Source: Penicillus capitatus
Lineage: Eukaryota; Plantae; Chlorophyta
DNA length: 64,000 nucleotides
Reading direction: 5' to 3'
Assembly (NCBI GenBank): GCA_965649825.1
Contig: OZ287700.1
Span: 372,001-436,000, forward strand
Part shown: positions 28,415 to 40,749 of the stretch, in pieces
Layout: each line of letters begins with the position of its first letter
How positions within the stretch are numbered: position 1 is the first letter of the stretch
Notes under the pieces: model-generated
Databases searched by the model: none
What the model was told of the DNA's origin: nothing
Seen by the model: only the letters and a program-made list of their open reading frames with translations
Position numbers and translations under genes: made by a program

Positions 28415-29510
28415 TCATCGGCTAGATCTTGCCTTAGAACGACGCTGAGTTATCTCTCTGATCCAATCCAGATAATGGTCAACACTCGTGTAAACAGCCG
28501 GTTCACATATACTGCACTGTCCGGCCGGTGTTGATCCGCATGACGCAACTCCAACAATCATATCAAACTTCGGGTTTCCTGCAGTGATGTCTCGGTTTGG
28601 AGCATCCGCCAGCAACAAAGGCCCGTCCGTATCGCCTACTACATTGTCTCTTGTTCGGGCAGACAATATGCTAAGCAGAAAAGCGGGGACACCGTTACCT
28701 TCGCACGCGTCCTCTCTGAGACTCTTGATGCAGATCCAACTGCTGTTGTCCAGCGTTTTAGATGTATTCTTGCAGCTCTCCTGCTCAGCGATGATCAGTT
28801 TGTCATTGATGTGAATATCTCTGACACTCTCGGCGGCCTCCGTCTTCCCCCATCCCGTTGCTGTCATCGAGTCGCCAAACGTGATTGGAACACCGCCGGA
28901 TCCGAGAAGCGGCAGTGTAAGATTCGTCGCTCTTCTGTCGAGCTTCAGCACTGCAATGTCGTGTCCGTCTGCGAAATCGCCCGTCCAACCATCCGCTACG
29001 TATCCCTTGACCGCTTCAAACACCTGTGACGAAAGACGAAGACGCGATTTCGGCAAGAGCGCCCTGTCTGCTGACCTTGCCGGGGTCTGATTCATCGAGT
29101 TGGCGAATTCCGCAGTAGACAATGGGCGACAGACCGACGGACCCAGGAATTCTCGTATCGACGCAATGCGCCGCCGTCACCACCCAGTTGCGTCGGAAGA
29201 GAGCTGCAGCGCAGACGTGAGCACGACTGCCGCGCTTCCGCAAGCTACACATGTACGGAAAGCGCAGCGAAGCCTTTTTCTTGTTCTGCTAGACATCGCG
29301 GTCGAATAAGGAAACGGTAAAGAAGCTTGGCGCGCAGCTTACAGCGGTGTTCAGATAGGTGACGGTCTCCCGAAAAACACCTTCGTTGTATTCTGCAGCA
29401 CACGGATGTTTCGAACGCGGTTTTGTATTCTCCGCACCTTGGCTTCCATGAGACACGTAAACTGCGAAAAGCAACACGCACAGCAGCGACAAACGAAGCA
29501 GCGCCGACAT
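28415..29510 (-). CDS. Secreted trypsin-like (S1) serine protease homologue, probably inactive
   Basis: Signal peptide MSALLRLSLLCVLLFAVYVSHG, RFPYMCSLR, VVTAAHCV, HDIAVLKL. The nucleophile motif reads GDTDGP instead of GDSGGP. Start approximate. Confidence 0.8.
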
Positions 29511-31360
29511 TGGATTATTCTGATGGCACGGTCGGGTTTCCGATGCGGAATCCGCGAACATCTTCCCCCGGAATGTGTGTTTAATGGTCGAAGCGTCTTA
29601 TGGATAGCAGGAGGACCACATGATGACTCAACGGTTTCGTATACTCAACATGTGTCGCATGGATGTCAAATCGGGATGTGGAAGTTCGCTCTCGCACTAT
29701 TTTCTACGAAGAATGGACAAGCGTAAAATGCACCAGGTCCGAAGAGAAGCTGCACGCAGAAGAGGTCCCGGTCTAGTTGTTTCTCTCCGTCTGTTCGACA
29801 ACGCGGAAACGAATCTCTCGACGTTTGCAGTTGTGATGTCTTTCCATTTTGTATCCGTTGTTGTGAAATCGTGTCGAACTTTGAGATGAACTTGCGCGAG
29901 TAAGCCCATGAAGTTCTCGCAACGTGACTTGTGGACCAAGAACACTCAAGTGAAGCACATTTTCATAATAACATATGTTCAATCCTTGTAAACTTTGCAC
30001 ACCATTGTAAGATTCTTTCGTAACCTTTGTTGTCATTGCTCCGTGTAAAGGATTTAATAGATCGGAATTTTTCGTAAACCATCGGAAGCGGTCAGTTCTT
30101 CTAATGACCACAATGGCAATCTGACCATCGGTCGCGATGGGTGCAAGCTCTTAACCCAACTTCCACATCGCCATAGGAAGATGGTTATCGAAAAAGACCC
30201 GATGTTCTCGTCTGTTAAACGAAGAGGTTGGATTCATAACCACCTTGGGTACATAAGGTCGGCATTCCTCGTGTAAATATCTCGAGTTCTTGTACTCAAG
30301 TCCAGTGCATTCTATCATCATCGTTTGCGTGTGCTTCGACTCCGCTTTTTCTTAAATTGCTTGCACGACCGCCGACATTCCATACTCGTCGAATCTAAGT
30401 TCGCAAAGTCTTTTGCTTCTACAGGCTATATTTTTTGCAAGAATGAGAGTTAGCTGACAATCAAGCCACAATGGTCAAACAGACATCGACACGAAGGCCG
30501 CGGACGAGGGCACAATCTTCGTAAATGTGTCGCTGGGAATAACAGCAGAAGAGATGACTCCGAGCAGGTGGTCACGGCATGAAGAGTTGGTCGATAGATA
30601 ACCAAGAAATTCAAAAAGTCAGAGAACTATTATATAATAGATAAATCACTACAACGGGCAATCAGTGTTCACTCACTCAACACAATCGATCCTCTTCCAC
30701 CACGCTCCAAATTTGAATATCTCAAAAGAAACCTCAAACTCTTTATCCTAATACGGAACTCATGTTTTGAGATTTGGTCTAACACATACTAGTCTAATAA
30801 ACGTGTTATTCTCGAATTAAAGTCATACTCTAAGTACCTTTAACTGTATGTTGTTTTCGGTACAAGTTCAACGATCTAGTCCTTTCGATACAGCCATTTG
30901 CGTTAGACGCATGATTGGCAATTCATAATCAACTATTCGTCTTCGATGTTTTCCATAATCAATTGAAATGGGGTATGTCATGTGCGGATCCCATGTAAAA
31001 TCGCAATTCATATATAATCAATTGATCGAAGACGGTGGTTGTGGTGAACGCGATGTACGACAAATAGGAATCGTTTCATCGAATCTCGATAAATTGCTAG
31101 TCGTATACGTCGTGTCGATGGTTTCCGTGTCGATGACATGAATCGCCCGAATTGCACAGATCAGACGGACATTTCTGGCATGAGTGGGTCATCAAAGGGA
31201 CAGTATTCTGCGATTCAAGTTTCAACTTCTCAAAATGACGATCTCTGCTTAAACAGGTGTTCTCGAAAAACCTCCACCACGTCCAAAGATGTGCACTATC
31301 TATTCTTCGCCATTGCTAATGTGGACAGCGTTGCTCTTCTCACTCAAAAATGAGTAAAAG

Positions 31361-32182
31361 TCATTGTTCCTGTTTTCTTTTCCAGGCGTCAATCCACTCT
31401 TTCGCTTCGCGGACATTGTCATCTCCGCTCTCCGCTTCCGTACTCTTCACTTCTACCTTCTCGGCTGCTGCTGGAGTAGGAGTTACGGCAGGTTCTTCAG
31501 TTTTCGGTTCAGTTCCTTCCATGTCTCTGAAAAAGAATGCCACACCCCCAACGAAAATTGCCAAGACGAGTAATTCGCCCAACAAGGCAGTCGGACTGAT
31601 GCCACTCTCTGGCCCTGACGTCGTCGGTTTAACGGGTGGCGCTGTTGTGGGTGGCTTCGTCTTGATCACCGATGGCTTCGGCGACGGCGACGGTGCTGGA
31701 TTTGGAGCAACAGGTGGTGCCACCTTTACAGGAGGAGTAGCTTTGAATGGGGGGTTCTTCGGCATTGGCTTGACTGGCATCGGCACTGGCACTTTCGCTT
31801 CTTCGATCGTTTTCTGATTGACATTCTGACCGGCATAGGGATTGAGAATCACCAATGCGCCGCCAACAACGACGGCGGTGCCCAGCACAGCCACCAATCC
31901 AATATTGCCTCGTGTTTCGCTATCTCTGAGAGAGAATGGCCCTGAGTCACTGCGACCGTCGCTTTCTTTCGATTTGGCAGACGTTTCTACACAAAGACGC
32001 CGTCGCGCTCGACGTGCCACGCTCCGCAGGGTGCGCTTTGCTAGGCCGTCTCCCTAGATGCTCCACCATCACTATCGTCCACTCGAAAAGGATCGGACCG
32101 GCACAAACGTCACTGCTCTGCATAGGGATCCATGATGCCCTCCCATCACCGCGACATGCCGATTCTTCAACACCGTGTCCAT
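31361..32182 (-). CDS. Plastid-targeted Pro-rich membrane protein, function unknown
   Basis: Transit-like N-terminus, two hydrophobic segments, a P/K/T-rich linker, and C-terminal NVREAKEWIDAWK. Confidence 0.55.
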
Positions 32183-32237
32183 GTTTACCATACGGAGTAC
32201 GCGGTAGTGTTCGGCAAGAGCACGCGCGATCTGCGAA

Positions 32238-33649
32238 ATGTCGCCATCATTCAGGCCGTTAAGATCGCCAGACAGGCCAATGTCCCAAGCCCGCGCGACG
32301 TCCTTCGCGACGAAGCCTGTCGCTCTTGCCCAGCTCGTTACGTGCGATAAGACACGGAGTGCTCCGTCGCTTCGTCCCGTCCGATGGCGAAGATGGGCAC
32401 TGTACAAGAACGTACCGGAATTGACAACGTGGAGTGATGATATCAGACCGCAGGCCTCCTCGTCATCGGCCCAGCATCCGAGTGATCCGACACCCTCATC
32501 ACCAGCGTCCTTCGCTCAGCAATTCTCGGCATTTATGAATACGATTTCGAACTTTCTATCGGCGTTCTGGAAATTTCTCCGGCCGCATACCATCCGTGGG
32601 ACGATTTTTGGATCGATTTCCGTCACTGCTCGTGCACTGATCGAAAATCCAGATGCCATTAACTGGTTGCTCTTGCCACGTGCCGGGATCGGTGTGTTGA
32701 CACTTCTCTGTGGGAATGGCTTCATCGTGGGCATCAATCAAATCTTCGATGTCGAGATCGATCAAGTGCCACCATAACACTCCTTTGCCTCATCCGAATA
32801 TACGAGAATCGATGTAGGTGAACAAACCGTTCTTGCCGATGGCATCCAAGGAACTCTCAAATGCAGCAGCATGGCTGACGGTGTCAGGATTTGCCGCTGC
32901 AGGGATCACCATGGCCACGCATTTCTTTGGAAGGTTCATCGGTGTGCTCTACAGCATTGGACTCTTCCTGGGAATGATCTACAGCGTCCCGCCCCTTCGC
33001 CTGAAACGTTTCGCAGTTCCTGCCTTCCTCATCATTGCAACGGTCCGTGGTTTTCTCCTGAACTTTGGTGTCTATCATGCCGCACGTGCTGCTTTGAAGC
33101 TCCCCTTTCAATGGAGCCCCGCCATCAGGTCCATCGTGTACATTCGAGCATGGGGGCTGAGGATGTCTCTAGTTTTATCACAGTGTTTGTGATGATATTC
33201 GCCACGTCGATTGCGATCACTAAAGATCTGCCAGATGTGAAAGGAGATATCCAGTTCAACATCCGCACCTTTGCTACGAAGATGGGAGTAAAGTCCATTG
33301 CGTTTCTAGGTATGAGACCATAACACATGGCGCCTGTTTTCATCTAAGAAGCCATCTTTTGTGCGCCAGGTTCCGGTCTGCTACTCCTGAACTACATCGG
33401 CGCGGCGGTGCTTGCTTGTTTGATGCCAGCAGCTTTCAATCCGGTGCTCATGATCGGTGTCCATGCCGTCTTCGGTGGAAAGCTCATTTCAGAAACGCTC
33501 CATCTCGATCAAGAACGCTATCAACTTGCCGCGATTCGAAGGTTTGGTCACACTTTTTACATCATTGAGTGAGAACAGATGGTCTTAGGTACTATGGCTG
33601 GATTTGGATACTGTTCTACTCGGAATACTTCCTCCTTCCGTTTCTGTGA
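32238..33649 (+). CDS. HST: Homogentisate solanesyltransferase (UbiA family, plastoquinone synthesis)
   Basis: [50 protein letters not shown], terminal [15 protein letters not shown]. Short GT-AG introns. Confidence 0.92.
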
Positions 33650-33697
33650 ACCACAGCGACAGCGGTCACTCATCACGGATATGTATCAAAAATTCTT

Positions 33698-34363
33698 TCA
33701 TCGTGGTTTCAGATACTTGCGTCGGAGTTCCTCAATAAAAACAGGTTTTGGCGGCGGAATTGTCTTGATGACATCTCCTTCTGCAGGCGTCTCGGGGACA
33801 ACCTCTTTCATCGTTTTCTTATCCAAACGTTGCCCCGTCGTATCTGACACCATCTCCCACGAAACTCTGCCTCCGGGCTTCAGTACCTTCTCGATATAAA
33901 ATCGCTCCTTATGTGGGTTCTCCTTCGGCGGCCCCTTCACAGCCAGAATCCTCCTTCGCAATCGTTCGGCCACAATAGAGTTGCGATATTTCTCGGGAGT
34001 ATTGAGCAGGTAGTTATCCAATCCGCCGTGCTGGTCAATCCGTCTACACTCGATGCCGATCTCATATATTCTGACCAAGGAAAGGATGATACCTGAGAGC
34101 TGTCGTTGTGACACGCAATTGAAAGCGACGGTCCAGAGCCTCGCTGTAGAGTTTGACTGTCTGAACATTCGGTTTCCAAGTGCGCTTAGTCCTGTGGAGT
34201 GGAGAAGGGCGTGAACGTGATGATGACCGTGGCGATGACGAAGGTACTTGTTCTTTCCGCGTTTGCTCATGGAGAAGCCGTGTCGAATCGGGACACCGTG
34301 AAAGAGTCCATAACGTGCCTGTCGGGCCACTTCTCGGCAGAGGTGCTCGACGCCAAGCGGCAT
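33698..34363 (-). CDS. Mitochondrial ribosomal protein bL28m-like
   Basis: RQARYGLFHG...HGFSMS and RRIDQHGGLDNYLLNTP match the L28 pattern. Probably contains an intron within the ORF. Confidence 0.7.
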   Translation of the reverse strand: MPLGVEHLCREVARQARYGLFHGVPIRHGFSMSKRGKNKYLRHRHGHHHVHALLHSTGLSALGNRMFRQSNSTARLWTVAFNCVSQRQLSGIILSLVRIYEIGIECRRIDQHGGLDNYLLNTPEKYRNSIVAERLRRRILAVKGPPKENPHKERFYIEKVLKPGGRVSWEMVSDTTGQRLDKKTMKEVVPETPAEGDVIKTIPPPKPVFIEELRRKYLKPR

Positions 34364-34393
34364 TCGATCTCTAATGGCGATGACGCGACGATC

Positions 34394-35387
34394 ATGTTTC
34401 CCATGCGACATCGTTTCAGCGCATTAGCGATGCAGGCGGTTCGCTTCGGGCAAGATCTGCCTGGCTTCGAGATCGGAGACAAAAACTTCCCGGCCGTCGT
34501 TGTCATCCAAGCACGACCCGACGCATCTATTCTCGCAGACACTCACTGCTGCCGAACATGATTCTCAGGAATGGTGGGGGATCACAGAGGTGATGAAAGG
34601 AATGGCGGAGAAAATCCATCGCCTGGGAGGATACCGAGTATTGGTGCCAGATCTGTACAAAGGCGAGGTGGGCGTCGACAAAGAAGAAGCACAACACGTA
34701 TGCGCTCAGCCTCGTTTTGATACGGCGGCTATCTTTGGGGGCAGTTGATGTCGAAGTTGGGATGGGAGAACGGCACAGCTGAAATCAAACAAGCTGTGGC
34801 ATATCTGAAAGAGACAGGTTCTCCCAAAGTGGGCGTGACAGGTATGCGAAGCGACGACTAATCAGAGAGTAAGGGGGTTGGTGTGTAGGTTTTTGCATGG
34901 GAGGTGGTCTGACCTTCTGTGCTGCTCAACATGCAGATATCAATTGCGCCGCACCGTTCTACGGCATTCCGCCGCCTTCGATCTGTCAACCGACATCGAT
35001 CCGCATACCAATACAGGGCCACTTTGGAAAACTGGACAGTTTAACTGGATTCTCAGATCCTAAGGTGCGAGAAGAGTGATTTCTTCCTCTGGACTGCGGC
35101 TGTTGTCTCCTGTTCCCAGACGGCGTCGATTTTGGAGGAATCGTTGAAGACGGCAGGGGTTCCCGCCGAGTTTTTCTACTACGAAGGGGCAGGACACGGA
35201 TTCATGAACGAAGGAGATGAGGGCAATAAGCTCAGAGACAGTGAGTGACCTTTCCTTTCGCTTCCAACACGTGAAAGGGACCGGTATGACAGTGATGGGC
35301 TTTCCGCATCCGCCACAGGAGGCGCGCGACGATGCTTGGAAGAATCTGATGCATTTCTTTGCAGAACATCTCAAGGCACACCCCTGA
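34394..35387 (+). CDS. Dienelactone hydrolase / carboxymethylenebutenolidase
   Basis: VVVIQ-EWWG, LVPDLYKG, G-FCMGG, APFYG, YEGAGHGFMN. Four short introns. Confidence 0.9.
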
Positions 35388-35448
35388 ACTCAGAAATGAC
35401 ATCTATGTCGATTTTACAAGGCATGAATAGAGTGCCGCTTTTCAATTG

Positions 35449-36792
35449 CTAAACAATACAGAGCTGTGTGTTTTTGGCACCAGCTTCGTTTTTATACTGT
35501 TCGAAGATCTGTTCCATTTGTGCAATGAACTGATCCAACAGCGCCTGTGTCGTTGGTACATCAGGCTTAGCGTCGTGCGGAATGGGAATAGGTGTTCCGA
35601 TGACCACGAGAATGGATGCCTTTTTGGGAATGGTGGTCCCAAAACGTCCTGTCATCCACATAGGCTGCGCGCCAATGCACCTGCCGATGACATTCAGGAG
35701 TCGTTCAGGAAGTCCAAACCTAAGGCACTAGTGGCGTCGCTTGCACGGGTCGAGAAGGGGAGAACAGACGTGGTGACAGTGTAAGTCTGCGTCTGGTTGA
35801 AAGCAAAGACAGGAAGCAGTGGACAGCCCTGTTGGATGGCAAGCTTGACAAATCCCAATCGCTGCTTCAGAAAGAGGACTTCTTTCTGTGGCTCCATGTG
35901 CTGAATCTCACGGACGCCGCCTGGCACCAGAGCCACCGATTTTCCAGACTTCAAAATCTGCACGATGGAAGGGCGCGATGCGGATCGAATGCCCAACCAC
36001 CAAAACAGCTGCCTCAGGAGAGGGATATGAAAGCACTGTCACATCAGTCAACGCCAAGATACGATCTAGCGGGGAACCCAAAGTGGAGTTACGATGCTAG
36101 AAGCGACTATGTGGATGCCTTTCAGCTGAGTAGGCCGCAGCGGCGAATGGTCGCTGAAGACCACTGGAAGTGCGACCGGAAGAATGGAGTGCGGCTCAAA
36201 TCCTGTATCAGACGGAAAGAGTAAGAAGAAGAGATGTCGCATCACTGAGTGTAACTATTCTCTACTCGGATCTCAGAGGTAGAGAGTCCTGATCACTCGC
36301 TTTTCATGTTTCCGTGTGGCCGAGGCCGACTTCACGGGCGCAGCACAGAGCCGGTCCGTGAAGAGGGAGACGTTGTCTCGCACGGAGATCTCCGCATTGT
36401 AGAAACAGAGAGTTCTTACCGATGAGGTAAGTCTGTTTCGGGTTCAGCGCCGCAGGATCCACCAGTTTTAGGCGAAGTGGGAAGTACTCTGCAGCATCTT
36501 GGATGGACGAGGTGAGAAGACGGTTAATGCATCTAAAACTGCTCCACTCGAGAGGGAAGAATGTCAAGGCAACCTTTGTATATTGGCTTCACCGGGTGGC
36601 AGCGAAAGCGAGATGACTTACCACGACGGCGGCAAACGTGCACGTTGTCGGGGAAGGAGATAGAATGACCAGAAGCAGAGAAGCGAGAGAAAGAGCTGTT
36701 CCGATGAACATCGCCGTGACCCACACGGAAACGGCGACAATCCTGCGCAGCTCTCGAAGACAGCTGCCAACTACGGCCAGGTGACCTGTCAT
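35449..36792 (-). CDS. Diacylglycerol/monoacylglycerol acyltransferase (DGAT2/DAGAT family)
   Basis: LVPGGVRE, RLGFVKLAIQQGCPLLPVFAFNQ, VVIGTPIP, N-terminal TM segments. Multi-exon. Confidence 0.85.
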
Positions 36793-37116
36793 AGTGAACA
36801 ATGCTCGACGTCTTCTCGAAAAGTGTCGTACGTCGTACGCTTAAAGCCTACGAGACGTCGCCCTCAGATTGCCCACGAAAACGAAAGACGCAGATCAGAG
36901 GGACATGATCTAGACAATGGCCCAACGAAACAGCCACGCACGCCATTCTTCCTGAAAAAACGAAGATCCCTGAGCCGACTGCCCGAATTTCACGTTTGCG
37001 ATCCGTCCGAAAGAGGTGGAAGTGGATCGGCGATCGGTTCGAGATGGGGACAGAAGATAGAATTGAGAGACATAGATAGTTGGATTGTTTTGAAAGCAAG
37101 GGAAAAAGCGTCTGCT

Positions 37117-39225
37117 TCAATCCTGTCGAGACGGATCGGAGCCATTAATGTCTGCGGCGTCTGTCTTCTGTCGCTGAAGCGGATCGAAGAGGATTTCTGG
37201 CGTCTTGCGTTGAACGGTGCCTCTGAGTTTCTGTTCTAAGTGGTACGCGGCTTTGAGCAGCATTGACTCCTGCCAGTGCTTTCCGATGATTTGCAATCTA
37301 CGCATCCGCCGCGACCGCACACGTCAGAACGGTGCTCTCCCTTCTGCAGGTCGCTTACCCAATGGGCCGGTCTTGACTGTCGCATCCGACCGGCACCGAT
37401 ATCGCTGGCATTCCCAAGAAATTGGCCGCCGGCATGTAACGCATGATGACCGAGGTGAGCATGAGGTTGTGTTCTCCAGCCCTCCTGGCAGCCGGGTGGA
37501 TGTCCGGAGCCGTTATGGGCGTCGTCGGCGTGACGAGACAGTCGATTGTTTCCATGGCCTTCTTAAAGTGGACGCCCATCCTCGTCCGAATGCACTACAC
37601 AGGCAATAGTCACATCTCAATAAAAACTGCGTGTCGTGTACTCGCCTGAGCTTGGATGTACTCCTGCGACCTGAAGTTCTCGGCAATGGTCAGGTTCATT
37701 TGGATGTCGAGGTTCATCTTCTTTCTCACGCGGCTGTTCGAAAAGTACGGGTGCATGGCGTGTCGCATCTCGGAAGAGATGGTGGTCGTGTGGGCAATGC
37801 GCAGAAATTCGAGTTCGGGGATGGAGACAGAGACGATGGTGCCACCCAGGTCCCGCAGGACGTCGAGCATCGCCTGGCACCTCTCCTTCACGTCATGCGC
37901 CGCATCGTTGAACCACTGCCGCTCGCACGTCGGCATAGAGGCCAGAGAGATACCAATCGTACCTCCCAGTAGACTCCGAACCTCAACCCCTCGAGGGGCT
38001 TCTCGGATCCGGAGATCCGAGGCAACTGGACGGGAGGTTCTGGTCTGGCGAGAAGCGTGTACAGGATCATCGCGTCCTCGACGGAACCGGCGATCGGTCC
38101 GTAGCAGCAGACGGTGTAGTCCAGGGCCCTTCCGCGCTGGGGGACATCCCTCCCGTGTGTCGGCTTGAGACCGACGACGCCGCAGAAGCTCGACGGGATC
38201 CGAATCGATCCGCCGCCGTCGGATCCTGACGTACACCTGCCAAAAGCAACACCTCCATCTGCGTGCCTTACCCACGCTCAGAGGACAGAGCCCGGATGCG
38301 ACGACCGCTGCGCCTCCGGACGAAGATCCTCCTGGGTAGCAGTCGCGGTTCCACGGATTGACGGGCGTGCCGTGGATGACGTTGAGACCCGTGACGCCGA
38401 GTCCGATCTCGTGCATGTTCGTCTTGCCCAAGAACAGACCGCCCAGCTTCCTGAGGGAGGCAACGATCGGAGCCTCTCTGTCTGTCTCTCCGACGGTGTG
38501 AGCGATGTGCGCCGTCCCGCACGTCGTCACGTGGTCTTGGGCATGCATCGAGTCCTTCGCGCAGAAAGGGACGCCGTCGAGCAGAGAAAGCGGCCGGCCG
38601 GATGCATAGCGCTCCGTCGAGGCAGTGGCCTGCTCGAGAACCTTCTCCTCTCGGAAGGATATGAACCAGTTGAGGTCCGGGTGATCGGCAATCGCGGCTG
38701 CAATTCTCTGGGCCACCTGCAGCGGCGTCGTCCTCCCTGAACACCTCGCCCGCTCGATCAGGAGAAACACGTCTTCGTGCCTCTACCAGTCCGATAGGCC
38801 TCCGCGTACTCTCGGACAGTCGGGAGGTCCGACTTCTGCGGCGTGGAGGCGGAGATGATGGAGTGCACCTGATCCACGACGTCGCTGTCGCTCTCCTTCT
38901 CAACGGTGACGTGATCGGGAAGGATGAGGGGTTCAGTGAGCGACGTGGGTGTGTACGTTGGCTTCTCCGGAAGGATCGTTTCGCAGAGGACCTAAGACGG
39001 CGTTCGTAATGCGCAGACAACGTGTCGTCTTGAGAAGCGCCGCACCTGCGGCAGACCGCTTTTGCGTCGGAGGACAGCCTCGACAAGCGTGCCTATTGGA
39101 GTCCTGACGAACCACAGAAAGATCCGCAGCAATCTGCCACGCAGAACGGGCGCTCTGAGCGTCCGCAGAGTGTAGGGCGCATCGCGGATTCTGTGAGCTG
39201 GCTGCAGACGACAGACGCGAGGCAT
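37117..39225 (-). CDS. Amidase-signature enzyme, fatty acid amide hydrolase-like
   Basis: [49 protein letters not shown]. The N-terminus resembles plant FAAH. Confidence 0.88.
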
Positions 39226-39235
39226 AATGTGCCTA

Positions 39236-40054
39236 ATGGCGACGCAGAAGAGCATTCCGTTTTTCCAGGTCGACGCGTTCGCGAGGAAGGTCTTCGGAGG
39301 GAATCCGGCCGCCGTGTGCCTGCTGCAGGAATGGCTGCCGGACACTCTCATGCAGAGCATCGCCGAGGAGAACAACTTCTCCGAAACGGCCTTTGTCATC
39401 GTACAGGACGACGGTCTGTGCCGCATCCGGTGGTTCACTCCGTCGACCGAGGTCGAGCTCTGTGGTCACGCCACCCTCGCGGCGGCCCACGTCGTCCTGC
39501 ATTTCGTCCGCCCAGACATGCAGAGCGTTCGCTTTCTCTCATCTGGAGGCAACCTCGGCGTCCACAGGGATGCAGAGGGCGACAGACTGTATCTGAATTT
39601 CCCCTCCCTCGGCACCGAACCGGCGCAGCTGTCCCGAGAGGATCTGATGGCGGCGCTAGGATTGAGTGAAATGGGCGACGTTTTCCGCTCACACTACGAT
39701 GTCATGGTGGTGCTGGGCGATGAGGAAACCGTGGCGAAGCTGTCTCCGCGTCTATCCGAGCTCCGCCGCTTCGACGCGAGAGGCTTCATCGTGACGAGTG
39801 TCGGACGGAGTGTGGATTTCGTGTCGCGGTTCTTCGCTCCACGCGTCGGCATCGATGAAGATCCCGTCTGTGGGTCGGCGCACTCAGTCTTGGTGCCGTA
39901 CTGGTCTCGACGTCTCGGCAAGACGAAGCTCCTGGCGAAGCAGCTTTCGAAGCGCGGCGGCGAGCTATACTGCGAAGACCTGAGAAATGGACGCGTCGAG
40001 CTCGGCGGGTATGCTGCCCTGTTCGCGCGAGGAGAGATTTTTCTACCTTGCTGA
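39236..40054 (+). CDS. PhzF/YddE-family isomerase (intronless)
   Basis: FQVDAF, GGNPAAV, NFSETAF, EVELCGHATLA, SRFFAPRVGIDEDPVCGSAH. Confidence 0.92.
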   Translation: MATQKSIPFFQVDAFARKVFGGNPAAVCLLQEWLPDTLMQSIAEENNFSETAFVIVQDDGLCRIRWFTPSTEVELCGHATLAAAHVVLHFVRPDMQSVRFLSSGGNLGVHRDAEGDRLYLNFPSLGTEPAQLSREDLMAALGLSEMGDVFRSHYDVMVVLGDEETVAKLSPRLSELRRFDARGFIVTSVGRSVDFVSRFFAPRVGIDEDPVCGSAHSVLVPYWSRRLGKTKLLAKQLSKRGGELYCEDLRNGRVELGGYAALFARGEIFLPC

Positions 40055-40749
40055 AGATATCCCCTCTACCGCCTCCTCTCAGCAATGGACGGATGCGAGG
40101 ATGACGAATCAGGGGACCGCGTTCTAATCTTTGGCTGGCTGTTTTTTTTTGCCCCGATTGTCGCGTCCTGATGCTGCTGAAGCGATAAGATTGTTCACAA
40201 ATGCGATCGACGTGCTTGGTCGTTTTGACACTGACCGCGTTCTAGACGATCCTTTTCCCTTTCTGTAAAATGTTCGTCTCCATCCCCCGTTCGAACTCAG
40301 ACAAGTTGCCGACGTCTTGTGCCTCTCCGCTGTTTCTTCGAAGACATCCCCTGCTACGACGACAGGACTCTTTCTTCGATGACGGAGACGTGTTCTCGCC
40401 GTGCTCTAGTCCGGTGCGTTCTCATTGCGACAGCTGGCCGCGCATGGCTGCCAGCTGTTGTCCATGGAACTTTGTCCGATCTTTGCGCGTTCTTGTGTGT
40501 TAGTCAGTAGCTGCAAAGACGCTGAAAGTACAGTCACAATGAAGAATTCTGGAAGCACGTCTGATAAGACGCGGCCGCCGCGAGTCTTTTTATACCATAT
40601 CCTCTCACTCGCAGCATCTCTTTTCAAACTCGACGCATCGTTCGTTTGAAGTTCGCTCAAGTTTTAAACACGGTCTTTTTTCGAGTGAAGAAAAAACAGT
40701 TTCCGCGCTTCGGCAAGCCCGTTTACTTTCTGTCTCTGGTCTGCGACCG

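Noticed and set aside
29240-29260. Suspected frameshift in the trypsin gene at RFPYM/CSLR
   Set aside because: Re-reading gives TAC ATG TGT AGC, so the frame is intact.
38165-39086. Arg/Ser-rich ORFs overlapping the amidase
   Set aside because: GC-rich off-frame shadows of the amidase exons.
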